DNA of 64,000 nucleotides from Octopus vulgaris (lineage: Eukaryota), in assembly GCA_951406725.2 (NCBI GenBank), contig OX597839.1:3720001-3784000 (forward strand), given 5' to 3'. Position numbers and translations under genes: made by a program. The first letter of the stretch is position 1. Each line of letters begins with the position of its first letter. Positions 12,102 to 25,797 of the stretch are shown here, piece by piece. The notes under the pieces are model-generated. The model ran no database searches. It saw only the letters and a list, made by a program, of their open reading frames with translations, and was not told where the DNA came from.

Positions 12102-12517
12102 AGATCTTTTTAGTTTGAATGGCAGTTTTTAACATAATTTCCACGTAACTAAAAAATTTTAAACTTCGTATACTGGTAAAATGTGTTTATAAAACATCTT
12201 TTTCTCTTGGCTTTATTGAGAAAATTCTATAGTTTCTAAGATATTTGTTGTTGTTTTTCTTCAATTTCTGCAATTTCAACCAATCGATGACATCTATTGA
12301 GTTAAAAAGCATTCTGTGCCGTATGAATATGTCCCTCGTTTAAGAAACAGATTGGGTTTATTTACATTTGTGAAGAGAAAAAAATACCCTTCCCCCACCC
12401 CTAACCCTAACCCTAAAAGAGATTGGAATGCAATAGATCGATTCTAGGGTCATAATTATGGGTGAAAATTTCATATGACACCACTAGAAAAAACTGCCGT
12501 TCAAACCAAAAAGATCC
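12102..12517. mobile_element. Merlin-like MITE with internal CCCTAA repeats
   Basis: ~28 bp imperfect TIRs; 8-bp TSD ggtatatt at 12094-12101 and 12518-12525. Confidence 0.8.
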
Positions 12518-12769
12518 GGTATATTTGTGACATTTATTTCCTTTCTCTGTCAGCGATGATTTCCATTATGTCACTGAGACTGTGTCTTTGGATTGTGTTT
12601 GTAGCAACTGTTTGACAAGATTAGAGATTAGTACACTGCCATTGATTCATCGCAAGAGAATTCACCATGAAGAAAGTTCACTGTGAGGAAAGTTTACCAA
12701 CAAAATACATCCATAGAATCTCACCCTTATTAGTAAAAATCTATTTTAGTTAAAAAAACAAAAAAATGA

Positions 12770-12975
12770 GTTGATGACAGTGAACTTTCTCTGTGCTGAA
12801 TTAATGACAGTGAACATTCCCTATAGTAAATTGATGACGGTGAACATTCCCTATGGAGAAATGATGACAGTGGACTTATCCCATGGGGAAATTTCCTTGC
12901 GATGAATTGATGATGGTTAACTTCCCCTGCACTGAATTGATGACAGTGAACTTTCGCTGCAATGAACTTTCCTTG
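12770..12975. repeat. Degenerate ~30-bp tandem repeat (ttgatgacagtgaac...)
   Basis: Recurring gatgacagtgaac motif at ~30 bp spacing. Confidence 0.7.
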
Positions 12976-13375
12976 TGATGGAGGAGGAGGAGGGATGAGG
13001 AGTAGGAAATGGGACAGGGGGAAGGCAGGATGAGGAGGAGGTGAGACTGGGAGGAGGCGGGATGAGGAGGGGGGGGGGGCAAGATGATGAGGAGGATGCA
13101 GGATGAGGAGGCAAGATAGGAAAGAGGCAAGATGGGAAGGAGGCAAGATAAGGAGGAGGAGGAGGAGGAAGGAAGGAGGAGAAAAAGAGTAGGAAGGAAG
13201 GGGGAGAGGAAGAGGGAAAGAGAAGAGAGGAGGAGACCATACACACACACACACACACAGACATGAATTCACATGTAGACATATGACATACTGGAGTAGG
13301 TTATAATGATATTAGGGAAACGTTAGTAAATGATTTAGAGTTAGTGATGATAGAAACGATAGTTTATTCACTTAC

Positions 13376-14047
13376 AATTAGCAATGGCCTTTGGTTTCTT
13401 TCCGATAAACATGTTGACTGCTCCATCTCACATTCACCACCATCTTTGGCATCTCTTTTATTTCCTTCTTCATCTTCTTTTTCTCCTTCTTCATCTTCAC
13501 TACCTTCATCTTCACCGCTTTTGTGTGCAGTTTTAATTGAATGGCTAGGCGAAAGTGTTCCGAAATTATCGCTCTGATAGTTATCCGGTTCTACTACAGC
13601 CAGAGGAATATCCTGAGGCTTGCCACCGTCCACCTCAGAGCTGGCCTCCAGTTGTACAGACTGTTTCGACTGGTTCCAGTACCTGGACTGTGATACTTCT
13701 TCGAGTTTCTGCAATGCAAATGCCAACTTCTCGGAAATGTCCTCTTTCGATGCTGAGACTATCTCAAGACGTTTGGAAAGATCTTCCTTAACAGAATTAG
13801 CCTCCAGCAGTTGGTTTTCTGTGTTCTTCAAATCAATCTGCACTTTGTCTAACTTCTCTTCCAAATCGTTTTTCTCTGTAAGTCTTGACTGGAGTTTGTT
13901 GTTGAAATCAACTACTTCCATCTGTAACTTCGTTAATTTGGCATTATAATCTCTTTCAAGGTTACTTTTCTCTTCCAGCATGTCTTTGATTTCATTCTGT
14001 AGATTGTGTTCCACAGTGTTTAGTTTTTCCTGCGATTCTTCCTGTTT
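13376..14047 (-). CDS. Coiled-coil gene exon (KQEESQEKLNTVEHNL...acidic tract...RPLLI)
   Basis: cttcag| acceptor, att|gtaagt donor, 672 nt, phase 0/0. Confidence 0.92.
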
Positions 14048-14969
14048 CTGAAGTACCAAAAATTAAAAGTAAAGAAAAAAAATATATTAATTCTCTTTAA
14101 TAATTTTATTTATATCGAAGAATGCAAAAGAAACAACACTATTGAGAGAGAGAGAGAGAAAGGGAGAAAGAAAGGGATGAAGACAGGAAAAAGATTGAGA
14201 GAAGAAACTATAAAGACAGAAAAGGACAGAGTAAAAGTTGAAGAGAGAGAGAGATAGAGTGAGAGGTGGAGTGGTCAGAAGACAGTATGGAAGTAAGAGA
14301 GATAAGAAAGTTGGTAAGGTGACACATTAGAATGCAAAACTTGGCATCCGTGCTAGCGGGGTGCAAAGAGCACCATATGAGGGCGATCGTTGACAGAGCG
14401 GCTAACCGGTTTCCGTGCCAGTGGCACATAAAAGGGCACCGTTCAAGTGTGATCGTTACCAGCGTCGCCTTACTAGCACTTGTGCCTGGGCTAGTAGGGT
14501 GCCAAGAGCACCATCCGAGCGTGATCGTTGCCAGAGCAGCCAACTGGCTCCAAGCCGGTGGCACGTAAAAGGGCACCATTCAAGCGTGATCGTTACCAAC
14601 GTCGCCTCACTGGCACCTATGCCGGTGGCATGTGTAAAAAGATTCGAGTGAGGTCATTGCCAATATCGCCTGACTGGCCCCGTGCCAGTGGCACGTAAAA
14701 AGCATCCACTACACTCTCGGAGTGGTTGGCATAAGGAGGGGCATCCAGTTGTAGAAACTCAGCCAGATCAAGACTGGAGCCTGGTGCGGCCATCTGGCTC
14801 ACCAGCCCTCAGTCAAAATCGTCCAACCCATGCTAGCATGGAAAGTGGACATTAAACGATGATAATGATGATGATGTTAAAACAAATTGCTTAAAATATT
14901 TGCTTGACAGATTCTGACTGAGGACACTTCATCAGGATTGGAAGAGGATGAAAATTTGAATGTCCTTAC

Positions 14970-15062
14970 CACTTCATATTCTTGGCTGATATCTTGAATT
15001 TCTGTGTGAGCATTTGCTAATTTCGTCTTCAGATTAGCCGTTTCTTTCTTCAACTCTTCTAT
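14970..15062 (-). CDS. Coiled-coil gene exon (IEELKKETANLKTKL...QEYEV)
   Basis: ttgtag| acceptor, gtg|gtaagg donor, 93 nt, phase 0/0. Confidence 0.9.
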
Positions 15063-15107
15063 CTACAAAACAGTACATAAAAAATAAACATGTTATTTAC
15101 CATATAT

Positions 15108-15326
15108 CAGTGGTTCCCAAATATTTTGGGGGTGCTGTGGCCCCCTTGGCACTCAGGCCACATTCCTAGCAACCCCACCATTCATACCCACAAACATAGA
15201 CCATTTTCTGCAACAAATTCAAACTAACTGTATTTCACAAATAAAATTTAATCTACTTCAACAATCCCCTAGATCTTTCCACCACTGCCAGGAATGGTGT
15301 AGTACCACCCACTTTGGGAACCATTA
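15108..15326. mobile_element. hAT-type MITE
   Basis: TIRs cagtggttcccaaa / tttgggaaccatta; 8-bp TSD ccatatat. Confidence 0.85.
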
Positions 15327-15776
15327 CCATATATGGTATGCAGGTGTATAAGATGGGCTTTTTCTTATTCTTAAATGTAATAAAAAATTTGTTACACAAA
15401 GAGATGGTCAAGATTGTTTGCCAACATAACATGGCAGTCCTGATTTAGGACTAATGTTGCTGTAATTTAGCCCCCGGAGACATCGTCTCCAGTTGGCTAA
15501 ACGACCCGATCTGTGTCCTTATATTTTCGAACAAGGGATCATGGGTGCTTCTATGTGTCACCAGCTCTGGCCACGGCTACTGTTTCACTTGGCTTGATGA
15601 GTCTTCTCAAGCACAGCAAATTGCCAAAGGCCATGATCACTTGTCATCACCTGTGTGAGACCCGACATTCAAAGATCATGCTTCACGATCTCATCTCATA
15701 TCTTCCTGGGTCTACATCTTCCAAAAAGCGTAATACAAATTGCCATGCATAAAATGAGACTGTATTACAGACAGGA

Positions 15777-15939
15777 GGCGTAACTTCGGTATAAGTACCA
15801 GAAGTACCGGATACATTTCAAGAAAGTGGTTTTTTTTTATATATATGGGGGGTTAGGGTTAGGGATGGAAGAAAAGGGTTTCTGTTATCTTCAGAAATGT
15901 AAACAAAGCCACATGTGTACTTATACTGAAGGATTACCC
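15777..15939. mobile_element. Merlin-like MITE with internal TTAGGG repeats
   Basis: GG..CC ends, TIR core cttcggtataagtac / gtacttatactgaag; 8-bp TSD agacagga. Confidence 0.8.
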
Positions 15940-16221
15940 AGACAGGATACTGAGTGCATGAAGAAACATATTAAATTTGTTTCCTTACCACAAAAGTGTA
16001 GGGAGCTTGTCTTATGCAAGAGTGTGTCTTATACACTGTCAAATACTACTACTTGCTGAGCAAATGAACAGACAACAAACTGTCAATGGCCAGGATCAAG
16101 CAGTTCAGTTAGTGTACTACAGCTATGATCTGTAGTTGTGGTATGCACAGATGAGATGTTTCAGCTAGTAAAAGACCAATGTGACTAAAACCACAAGCTA
16201 GATGTTTGTGTTGATTTGCTC

Positions 16222-16389
16222 AATCAGGACATCTGGTACAGAAATCAGGACATCTGGTACGGAAATCAGGACATCTGGTACAGAAATCAGGACATCTGGT
16301 ACGGAAATCAGGACATCTGGTACGGAAATCAGGACATCTGGTACAGAAATCAGGACACCTGGTACGGAAATCAGGACATCTGGTACGGA
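16222..16389. repeat. 21-bp minisatellite, 8 copies (aatcaggacatctggtacRga)
   Basis: Near-perfect tandem units without spacers. Confidence 0.95.
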
Positions 16390-16493
16390 AAACTTGCATT
16401 GATCCAAGCAAGTCAACTGACCAGAATGATGATGGGTAGATTTTTTAAGATTCACTTAAATTCATTCAAAATGACTGCCAAAACAAACCTTAC

Positions 16494-16683
16494 CTCTACC
16501 TGACTCATTTCATACTGATGGGTCACTGTCACCAGTTGTGACTCGGTCTCTTCTAGTTGAGTTTCTAAGTCTAAAACAGCAGCACACTTTTCAGTTTTCT
16601 CGTCTAACAAGCTACGGGCTCGACCTAGCTCTTCCAAAGTCAACTTCAGCTTGGATTTCAAGTCATCAATCTCAGCTGCTAGA
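16494..16683 (-). CDS. Coiled-coil gene exon (SLAAEIDDLKSKLKL...EMSQVE)
   Basis: atgcag| acceptor, gag|gtaagg donor (alternative in-frame donor cag|gtagag at 16500), 190 nt, phase 2/0. Confidence 0.9.
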
Positions 16684-18956
16684 CTGCATGTAAACAGAAC
16701 AGTTACAGGAACAATGTATTTCTGATTGCATGTTTATGTTTTACATATTATGTTGTGTATATACATATTATGTGGCGTATATATTTCTTTTCTACCCACA
16801 AGGGGCTGAACACAGAGGGGACAGACAAGGACAGACAAACGTATTAAGTCGATTACATCGACCCCCAGGGTGTAACTGGTACTTAATTTATCAACCCTGA
16901 AAGGATGAAAGGCAAAGTCGACCTTGGCGGAATTTGAACTCAGAACGTAACGGCAGACAAAATACCGCTAAGCATTTCGCCAGGCGTGCTATATGTGGTG
17001 TATATATATTATTGTCTCTAATCCTGGCTTAACTCCTTAGCATTCACATTATTTTATCAAAAGTAATTCTTATTTATTCACATTGTTTTGAATTAATTAT
17101 GCATTATTCTGTAGCTTTGAGATTTTGATGAGGTATGAAGATGTGTGAAGATAAATACAGCATTGAACAAGCAAGCCACTGCGGTTCCTCCTCTCTTCAC
17201 TGGGTGCCAAAAGTATGTTTTTGTCTTGTTTGAGGATTAATCCTTGCCTGTGGCAGCTTATATACTAGAGCAGGGTTCTTTTATTCTTATATCAAGCTCT
17301 GTGTGAATGTGTGTATGTATGCAAATGTACACCAGAATATGGATTGTGTGTGTGTGTGTGTGTGTTTGCACATCTGTGTGTGTGTTCATGTATTAGACAG
17401 AATCAAAAGGACAGAAGAAAAATTTAGGGTTGAAAACAAACAAAAGAAAATCATAACCAACTTCTTATTATTTCTATTACCACCTTCATCACCTCCACTG
17501 TTATCCTTATTCCTATCATCATCATCATCACCAACACAATTATAACCATCACTACCACCACCACCTCCATCTTCACCATAGTCACCATAGTCACCCACAT
17601 CATCAATGCCATTACCATCATCGTTGTCGTTGTCAGCATCATTATCATTCTCACCACTATCAAAACCACCACCACCACAATCATCTGACTCTACCTCGTC
17701 TTCATTGCAATCACCATCACCAGCATCATCATAATTAACATCAGCCTTCTCATCAACCAAATGGTTTGCACTTCAAAGAGGGCAAGTGTGGTGGCAACAG
17801 CCAGCTGTGGTGGTGGTTGTGGCGTGGTTGTTGCTGATGTTAGTGGTGGCAATGGTGGTGGTGGTGGTGTCGGTGGTGTTGTTGTTGATGGTGGCAGTGG
17901 TGATGTTATTGTTGTTGTCGCTGATGGTGGTGTTGGTGTCAAAGATTTTGCTGTTGTCATTGTGGTGGTGGTGGTGGTGGTGGTGGTGGTAGTGGTGGTA
18001 GAGGCATTGGTAGTGTTAGTAACAGCATTGACAGATGGAGCTTAAAGGACATTTTCTCCTTAACGAAGTCAAAACTATGACAAATAAACAAAAAACAAAC
18101 TCACCTCATTAACTCCTAATAGCTCTTAATTCATATGATGACACAACTATGTACTTGTCCCTTTAATCCTAATCCAAATCTCCTTCGACAAACTGCTTTC
18201 TACTTTTATGTCTCTTGTATATCTCCTGTCTTTTACCTCTTACTTGATTCGATTATTAGACTGAGGCCATTCTGGGGCACCACCCCCAAGTGTTTAGTCA
18301 AATAATCTGATCCCAGTCCTTATTTTTTAAGCCTGATATTCTATCAGTTTCTTGCGCCAAACTACTAAGTGACAGGGATGTAAACAAACCAACACTATCT
18401 ATAAAGCAGTGGAGGGACGGGCATAAAACATGAAGACACACGTGTACATGCATGCATGCATACATACATACATATATACGGTTCAGTGATTAGAATGCCA
18501 GGCTCACTCACAATCATGAGACAGTGAATTCAATTCTGGGGCCGGGTTTTGTGTTGTGTTCTTGAGCAAGACACTTTATTTAATGTTGCTCTAAAAGGAT
18601 GAACGGCAAAGTGGACCTTAGCAGAATTTGAACTCAGAATGTAAAGACAGCTGAAATGCTTTTAAGCCATTTGCCTGGCATCCAAACAATTATGCCAGCT
18701 TGCCATTGTTGACCTCTCTCTAAATAACGGCATCAATTTGAAGGGTACACTCACATGTGACTCATTCCCCAGGACAAAACACTAGGTTGTTACCTGAGAT
18801 GCACACTCGCTTGTGAAATATTCCCCAAGACAAAACACACTGAAGGGGGTTACATGAAGGAATACATTCTCTCAGAAAACATCACCTGTGTCATTTTTTC
18901 CCCCCAGGTAAAATGAAAAAGGAGAATCACTCCTTCACCAGAAGAATCACACTCAC

Positions 18957-18994
18957 CTGTTGCACATTTCTTCATGTTTCGACAGCAGTTGATG
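18957..18994 (-). CDS. Coiled-coil gene micro-exon (HQLLSKHEEMCN)
   Basis: ttttcaacag| acceptor, cag|gtgagt donor, 38 nt, phase 0/2, required to restore frame into next exon. Confidence 0.85.
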
Positions 18995-19545
18995 CTGTTG
19001 AAAAGAAACAAAAATATAACACAAAGAATAAAAAAACAAACAAAACAGAATCAAGCAACAGACAAGATCACAGAGACGTTTACGAATAAGACAATCATCA
19101 TCATTCATCATCATTCATCATCAGTCATCATCATTTTTCCATTAGTGCATGGGCCTCTTTCTCTCTCACATACACACACATAAACATGCATACACACAAA
19201 TGCATACATGGCACTCCCCTCTCTCTCGTTCACATACACACATATAAATACACAAACACAGTGCACACACTGCACTCCTCTCACTCTCTCACCTACACAC
19301 AGACATACAGTGTACTCCTCCCTCTCTCTCTCTCTCACACACACACTGCACTCTTCTCTTTCTAACACACACACATCGCACTGTTCCCTCCCTCATGCAC
19401 AGACACACACACATTGCACTCTACTCTCTCTGACACACACAGTCACACACACACACACACACAAACACTGCACCCTTCTCTCCCTCAAACACACACGCAC
19501 ACTCAGACACACACGTTGCACCCTTCCCTCTCTCACACTCAGTCA

Positions 19546-19595
<50 letters not shown>

Positions 19596-19781
19596 TTGCA
19601 CTCTTCTCTCCCTCACACACACAGAGTCAGACACACACATTGCACTCTTCCCTCTCTCACACACACACACAATCACACACACACACAGACATTACACTCT
19701 TCCCTCCCTCATGCACACACACATTACCAGTAAGCATGTTTCCCCCACAAAACTGGGACAACCAGAAGCAGACATACTTAC

Positions 19782-19898
19782 TTGACCCTCAAGAAGTTCG
19801 TCCGTTTTCAGTTGTTGATTTTGAAGTTCCTGCTTCAGGCTGTTGTGCTGCTCACCGAGGGCTTCATTCTGCTCCTGCAGTTGTGCAATTACCACTTG
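19782..19898 (-). CDS. Coiled-coil gene exon (QVVIAQLQEQNEAL...LLEGQ)
   Basis: ccgcag| acceptor, caa|gtaagt donor, 117 nt, phase 0/0. Confidence 0.88.
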
Positions 19899-21528
19899 CT
19901 GCGGAGTGTTTAGAGGGTTCGTTAGAGTAAATTACAGGTGTAAAGCACAGAGCGAATATGAAATATGAAAGGATGATGTTAGTGATGACAACAAAGACAA
20001 TGACACTGATGACGGTGATGATGACGATGATGATAATATTGGGTTGTCCGGAAAGTTCATGCCGGTTTATAGTAGCTTACCTTTCGACTTATTTTAGAAC
20101 ATGGTTGAGTCCATAAAATAGGATTTGACTACACCTCTATTTAGAGCACAGTTTGCTAAGTTACGGAGACGTAAACACACCAACACCGGTTGTCAAGCGA
20201 TGGTGGGGTGGGGTTGGGGGGGACAAACACAGACAAGACACACAAACATATACATATATACAACAGGCTTCTTTCAGTTTCCATCTACCAAATCCACTCA
20301 CAAGGCTTTGGTCAGCCCGAAGCTATAGCAGAAGACATTTGCCCAAGGTGCTACGCAGTGGGACTGAACCCAGAACCATGTGGTTGGGAAGCAAGCTTCT
20401 TACCACACAGCCACACCTATGTTCATAATTCAGAAACTGATTTGAATATTTACCTTAGAGAATGATAAAGCAAGTACTAGGCTTAAAAAGTAGGTAACGG
20501 GGTTTTAGTCAAACAATTTTGTTTCAGTCATTGGACTAAGACCATGCTGGAGTACCACATTCATAGTACAATAACTGAAAGAACTAAAAGACAAAAGATA
20601 CACAGAGTCTGCCAAAAAAAATGTGTACACACTTCAAGGAAAGGAAAAATCTGTATAAATATTTTAATTCCGTGTTACATCAATTTGATAAAACATCATC
20701 GCTTAATGTTTATCTTCCATGCATGCCTAAGTAGGACAGTTGACAGGAGCCGGCCCAGGTAGAAGACTGCCCCGGGCCATTGTGTCTGTTTTAGCCATTT
20801 TAACACCGACCACTCTGCAGAGTGGACTGAGAGACTTTTACATGGCACCAGCACAGGCGAGGTCAGTTTTGGCTTGGTTTTTACAGCTGGGTGTCTTTCC
20901 AAATGCCAGCCACTTTACAGTGTGGACTGGATGCTTTTTATGTGGCACCAGCACTGGTAGGGTCACCAAGCAACTTGCAAGACAAGGAATTTTGAGGTGG
21001 GGGGCATTGGAGGAGGGGATCTTGTGTCAGATGAAGAAAGATCAAAAGAGGTATCTATATCTATAGGGGTTCTTATACAAGCATGACTCAGTTGTTAGAG
21101 CATCGAGCTTATGATCGTGAGGTTGTGAGTTCTATTCCCGGACTGGGCTGTGTGTTGTGTTCTTGAGCAAGATACTTTATTTCACATTGCTCCAATTAAC
21201 TCAGCTGTAGAAATGAGTTGCAACGTCACTCGTGCCAAGCTGTATCGGACCCTTTGCTTTTCCCTTGGATAACATCAGTGGTGTGGAGAGGAGAGGCTGG
21301 TATGCCTGGGCGACTGCTGGCCTTCCATAAAAAACAATCTTGCCTGGAATTGTGCCTTGGGGGGGTAACTTTCTAGGTACAATCCCATGGTCATTCATGA
21401 CCAAAGGGAGAGGGGTCTCCTCACCTCCTATACAAGCTAGATATTTATACAGATTTTTCCTTTCCTGACGCATGTATACATTTTTGGGGCAGATTCTGCA
21501 TTTAGACGTTTGAAGCAAATAAACTTAC

Positions 21529-21957
21529 TTGTTGCTTTCCTTCTTCTTCTTTTTCCATCTTATACTTCGCAATGTCCCCATTCAGTTCCTCAACAGTTCC
21601 CTTTAGACTTTCACTGTACTCATTTGCCTTCTCCAGTTGATCTTCCAACTGTTCTTTCTCCTTGGTCACTTTGTTGACACTGGTCTGAAGGTCATCTATG
21701 CGGGCTGACTGCTCCAGTTTAGAACATTTTAGTCGCTCGTAGTCGTTCTTCACTTTGTTATAGTCAGATTTCTGCTCCTCAATCTCCCGTCGGAATTCCT
21801 CCAACTGGTTTGTCAGCACCATTTCCTCTTCACTCAGCTGCAGTTTCTCTTTAATGATTTCATCTCTCTTTGCTTGGATCTCTTTCACCTCGGCATTCAA
21901 CAATTCCACTTTCTCCATCAAGTTCTTCTTGTCATTGCTCATTATTTCAGCAATGTC
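21529..21957 (-). CDS. Coiled-coil gene exon (DIAEIMSNDKKNLMEKV...EEEGKQQ)
   Basis: ttaaag| acceptor, caa|gtaagt donor, 429 nt, phase 0/0, strong heptad pattern. Confidence 0.92.
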
Positions 21958-22060
21958 CTTTAACGACAAAAACAAAAATCCATATATACATAATCACAGG
22001 TAGAACTATATTACAATAATTCGGCACACACAATTTGGCCAGTCATTATCATCATTTAAT

Positions 22061-22420
22061 GGGCAATCATTCGGTACTAGTAACATAACTGTCACTTATA
22101 AACCCACGTGTGTTTGTATACATTTCTGAAGAAGATCGTTGGTTTCCATAAAAAAATTTTATTTTTTTACATATGGGTTTGGGGGGAAACAAATACATAC
22201 ACACACACACATACACAGAAACGGAACACCTACTTCAAAAGAACTTCGCGCTCTATCTGTCTGGCTTTTACGCCGACTTGAAAAGATACCCTAATCCCCT
22301 ACCCCTAACCCTAACCCCACATATATAAAAAAATAAAAATTTTACGGAAAGTGACGATCTTCTTCTTCAAATGTAAACAAATACACGTGATGTAAATGGG
22401 ACTCATATCGAAAGAATGCC
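22061..22420. mobile_element. Merlin-like MITE with internal CCCTAA repeats
   Basis: TIRs gggcaatcattcgg / tcgaaagaatgcc; TSD catttaat. Confidence 0.75.
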
Positions 22421-23056
22421 CATTTAATGTCCTCCTTGGACATGGGTTGGATGGTTTGACAGGAGCTGGCTAGGCAGAAGCCTGCACCATACTCTTTTGT
22501 CTGTTTTGGCATGGTTTTTTTTTTCTTTTAACGGCTGGATGCCCTTCCTAATACCAACCACCCCGCATAGTGTACTTAGTGCTTTTTACATGACTTCAGC
22601 ATACGTGAGGTCAGTTTTGGCATGGTTTTTACAGCTGGATGCCCTTCCTAACACCAACCACTCCACAGAGTGGACTTAATGCTTTTTATGGGGCACCAAC
22701 ACAGGCAAGGTCAGTTTTGGCATGGTTTTTACAGCTGGATGCCCTTCCAATTGCCAACCACTTTACAAAGACTGAGGTGCTACTGTATAGTGTTTTTAAA
22801 TGTCTTGCTAGCCTGGCTGAGGCTCATGTTGTTACGTTTATGAATTTTTGTTGCAGAATTCCTGATGTGAAAACCATGTTTCAGAATGGTCATTTTTTTT
22901 TTTCTTTTCTTGCCAAATAAACCATGTTCCAGTCGCCTGTTTTGGCATGGTTTCTATGGCTAGATACCCTTTATTAATGCCAACCACTTTATAGAGTGTA
23001 CTGGGTGATTTGTATGTGTTAGAGTGGGAGGGACAAAATCAGGCTCAACTACTCAC

Positions 23057-23170
23057 CTGCCATGTCTCGAGTTGCTCCTTCTGCACTTTCATGTCCTTTA
23101 ACTCCTTCTTCAGTAATTCCACCTGGGCATGGCTAGCATCTCTCTCTCGTAGAAGCTTCTCTGAAGACTT
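23057..23170 (-). CDS. Coiled-coil gene exon (KSSEKLLRERD...LETWQ)
   Basis: atgcag| acceptor, cag|gtgagt donor, 114 nt, phase 0/0. Confidence 0.9.
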
Positions 23171-24339
23171 CTGCATCGAAGAAAGCACAAACAGGTACAA
23201 AGCTAGGAAGAGATATAGGGAGAGAGAGAGGGAAATAGAAAGGGAGGAAGATAGAGAAGGAGGGAGATATAGAGAGGTGATGGGTGTGAGGGAAGATAAG
23301 GGGAGGGGAGGAAAGAGGGAGTGTGAGAGAGTGAGAGAGGAGGGGAGACAGCAGGAGAGGGAGAGAGACAGAAGGAGGGAGAGAGACAGCAGGAGGGAGA
23401 GAGACAGAAGGAGGGAGAGAGACAGAAGGAGGGACAGAGTTGGAGGGACAGAGAGGGAGAGGAAGGAAAAGAGGGAGAGAGAAGGGCAGAAGGAAAGAGA
23501 AGCAGAGAGAGAGCGGGGAGGGAGGGAAAGAGAGAATAGTATGGAAATCCACAGAAACACACAAAGACAGGCATGCACATAAACACAAAAATACACAAAC
23601 ACACACAGACATACATATACAAACATGGGTAGAGACATGAAAACACACAAACACTCACTAGCACACAAACACAGATACATAAATACACAGACAAACATGC
23701 ACAAACAAACACACACACACGTCCAAATACACAGAGCCAAACACAAACACACACTTAAATGCAAACATACACACATATATCTAAACACACACACACACAC
23801 TCAAATGCCAACATGCACAGACATCTAAACACACACACATATCCAAACACAAACATATACAGACATCTACACACACACACACATCCAAATACATCTAAAC
23901 ACACACACACACACATCCAAATACATCTAAACACACACACACACATCCAAATACATCTAAACACACACACACACACTCAAATGCCAACATGCACAGACAT
24001 CTAAACACACACACATATCCAAACACAAACAAATACACACAGACATCTAAACACACACACACACACCCAAATACATCTAAACACATATGCATACATACAC
24101 ACACACACATACACAAATACATCTAAACACACACACAGACATCTAAACACACACACATCCAAATACATCTAAACACACACACACACACACAAATACATCT
24201 AAACACACACACACACACACTCAAATGCCAACATACACATACATCTAAAACACACACACAAACACACACGCATACACACATACAACCAAACCTAAACACT
24301 CCTACCAACACAACAGACAAACAATAAACACACTCAAAC

Positions 24340-24459
24340 CTGATGATCTTCCAGCTTCTGCTCCATGTTGTCCATCTCAGATCGTAGGCTGGTGGTTTTG
24401 TAGCGCATTTGCTGCTGGTGGTCTCGTTCCAACTCGGCCTTCTGCTGTACCTGCTCCAG
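24340..24459 (-). CDS. Coiled-coil gene exon (LEQVQQKAELERD...LEDHQ)
   Basis: ggccag| acceptor, cag|gtttga donor, 120 nt, phase 0/0. Confidence 0.9.
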
Positions 24460-25369
24460 CTGGCCAAAAAAGGTTTGTGAAAGGTTTGTTACTTCAAGCA
24501 ACATAAGAAGTTGCACAAACATACATACACACTCTTTTACTCTTCTACTCTTTTACTGCTTTCAGTCATTTGACTGCGGCCATGCTGGAGCACCGCCCTT
24601 TTCGTCGGGCAAATCGACCCCAGTACTTATTCTCTGTAAGCCTAGTGCTTATTCTATCGGTCTCTTTTGCCGAACTGCTAGGTTACGGGGACGTTAACAC
24701 ACCAGCACCGGTTGTCAAGCAATGCTAGGGGGACAAACACAGACACACAAACACACACACGCGTATATATATACATATATACGACGGGCTTCTTTCAGTT
24801 TCTGTCAACCAAATCCACTCACAAGGCTTTGGTCAGCCCGAGGCTATAGTAGAAGACACTTGCTCAAGGTGTCACGCAGTGGGACTGAACCCGGAACCAT
24901 GTGGTTCATAAGTATGCTACTTACCACACAGCCACTCCTGTACCTATAAATTTATATTTTGTGGGGCGAAGGTAGACAATTACGTACCAGTGGCATATGG
25001 TGGTTACTGTAGTGGGTGTGCTGCTACCCTCAACACCACCAAATTTAAAGCAGGGGTATAACTAAAGTTATACAAAACTTCTATAATTATAAACATAATT
25101 ATAATTAGGGTTCAGCAAAACTGCTTCACCACATACTGAAATTTAGAAATAGCAGTTAAAATACTGCTTCACCACATACTGAAATTTAGAAATAGCAGTT
25201 AAAATACTATTCCACCACCATAAGATATCTTCCAGACAGCAATACTCCCAACTCACACAGGTAAAGAGAAAAAAATTATATATATATATAATAATTATTT
25301 TTAGCAAATCAATGAAAACAAAAGATGAAGAGGAGAAAATTACTAAAAAAATGTTGTTTATATTTTTAC

Positions 25370-25503
25370 CTGTGATTTGAGGTTTTTATTATCATATTCG
25401 AGATTTCGAACCTGCATCTTCAGTGACACGAGTTCAGTCTCAACCTTTGTCTTATTTTCAATGACCTTTCGAAGAGCAACATCACAGGATCGGCGTTTGG
25501 TAG
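25370..25503 (-). CDS. Coiled-coil gene exon (PTKRRSCDVALRKVIENK...NLKSQ)
   Basis: ctgcag| acceptor, cag|gtaaa donor, 134 nt, phase 1/0; not in ORF track. Confidence 0.9.
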
Positions 25504-25738
25504 CTGCAGATAAAATAGTTATAACAATTATATATTATAAAATATTATAACAATAGTATAACAATTTCTATAATTTTTCCCTGTATTAGAATAATATCAT
25601 AATTATATATATATATATATATAATTATTTGAGGAATATTATTCATACGTGCATATATGTGGGTATACATTCATATATGTAAGTATTTGTATGTTGTGCT
25701 TATATATATATATGTATTTATGTTTCTCTTCTATGTGT

Positions 25739-25797
25739 ATTCTACTGACGAGGCAAAGCATTCCTAAATGCAAAGCCAGAAATCCGGGATCTAGAAT
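25739..25797 (+). ncRNA. Type I hammerhead ribozyme motif
   Basis: attcta-CTGACGA-ggc..gcc-a-GAAA-tcc g gga-TC-tagaat: intact core and three stems. Confidence 0.8.

Noticed and set aside
16222-16389. CRISPR-like array or repeat-protein ORFs
   Set aside because: Direct tandem units with no unique spacers, eukaryotic intron, no cas genes; ORFs arise from the 21-bp period.
17386-18045. Asp/Gly-, Thr/Pro- and Val-rich ORFs
   Set aside because: Degenerate (CAT/CAC/GGT)n trinucleotide tracts open in several frames on both strands, no supporting splice sites.
19111-24290. Long ORFs rich in HT, CV, LS or ER dipeptides (also 12730-13282, 33559-33899, 36655-36990, 46199-46664, 58111-58911)
   Set aside because: Translations of microsatellites; only the short embedded exons listed are supported.
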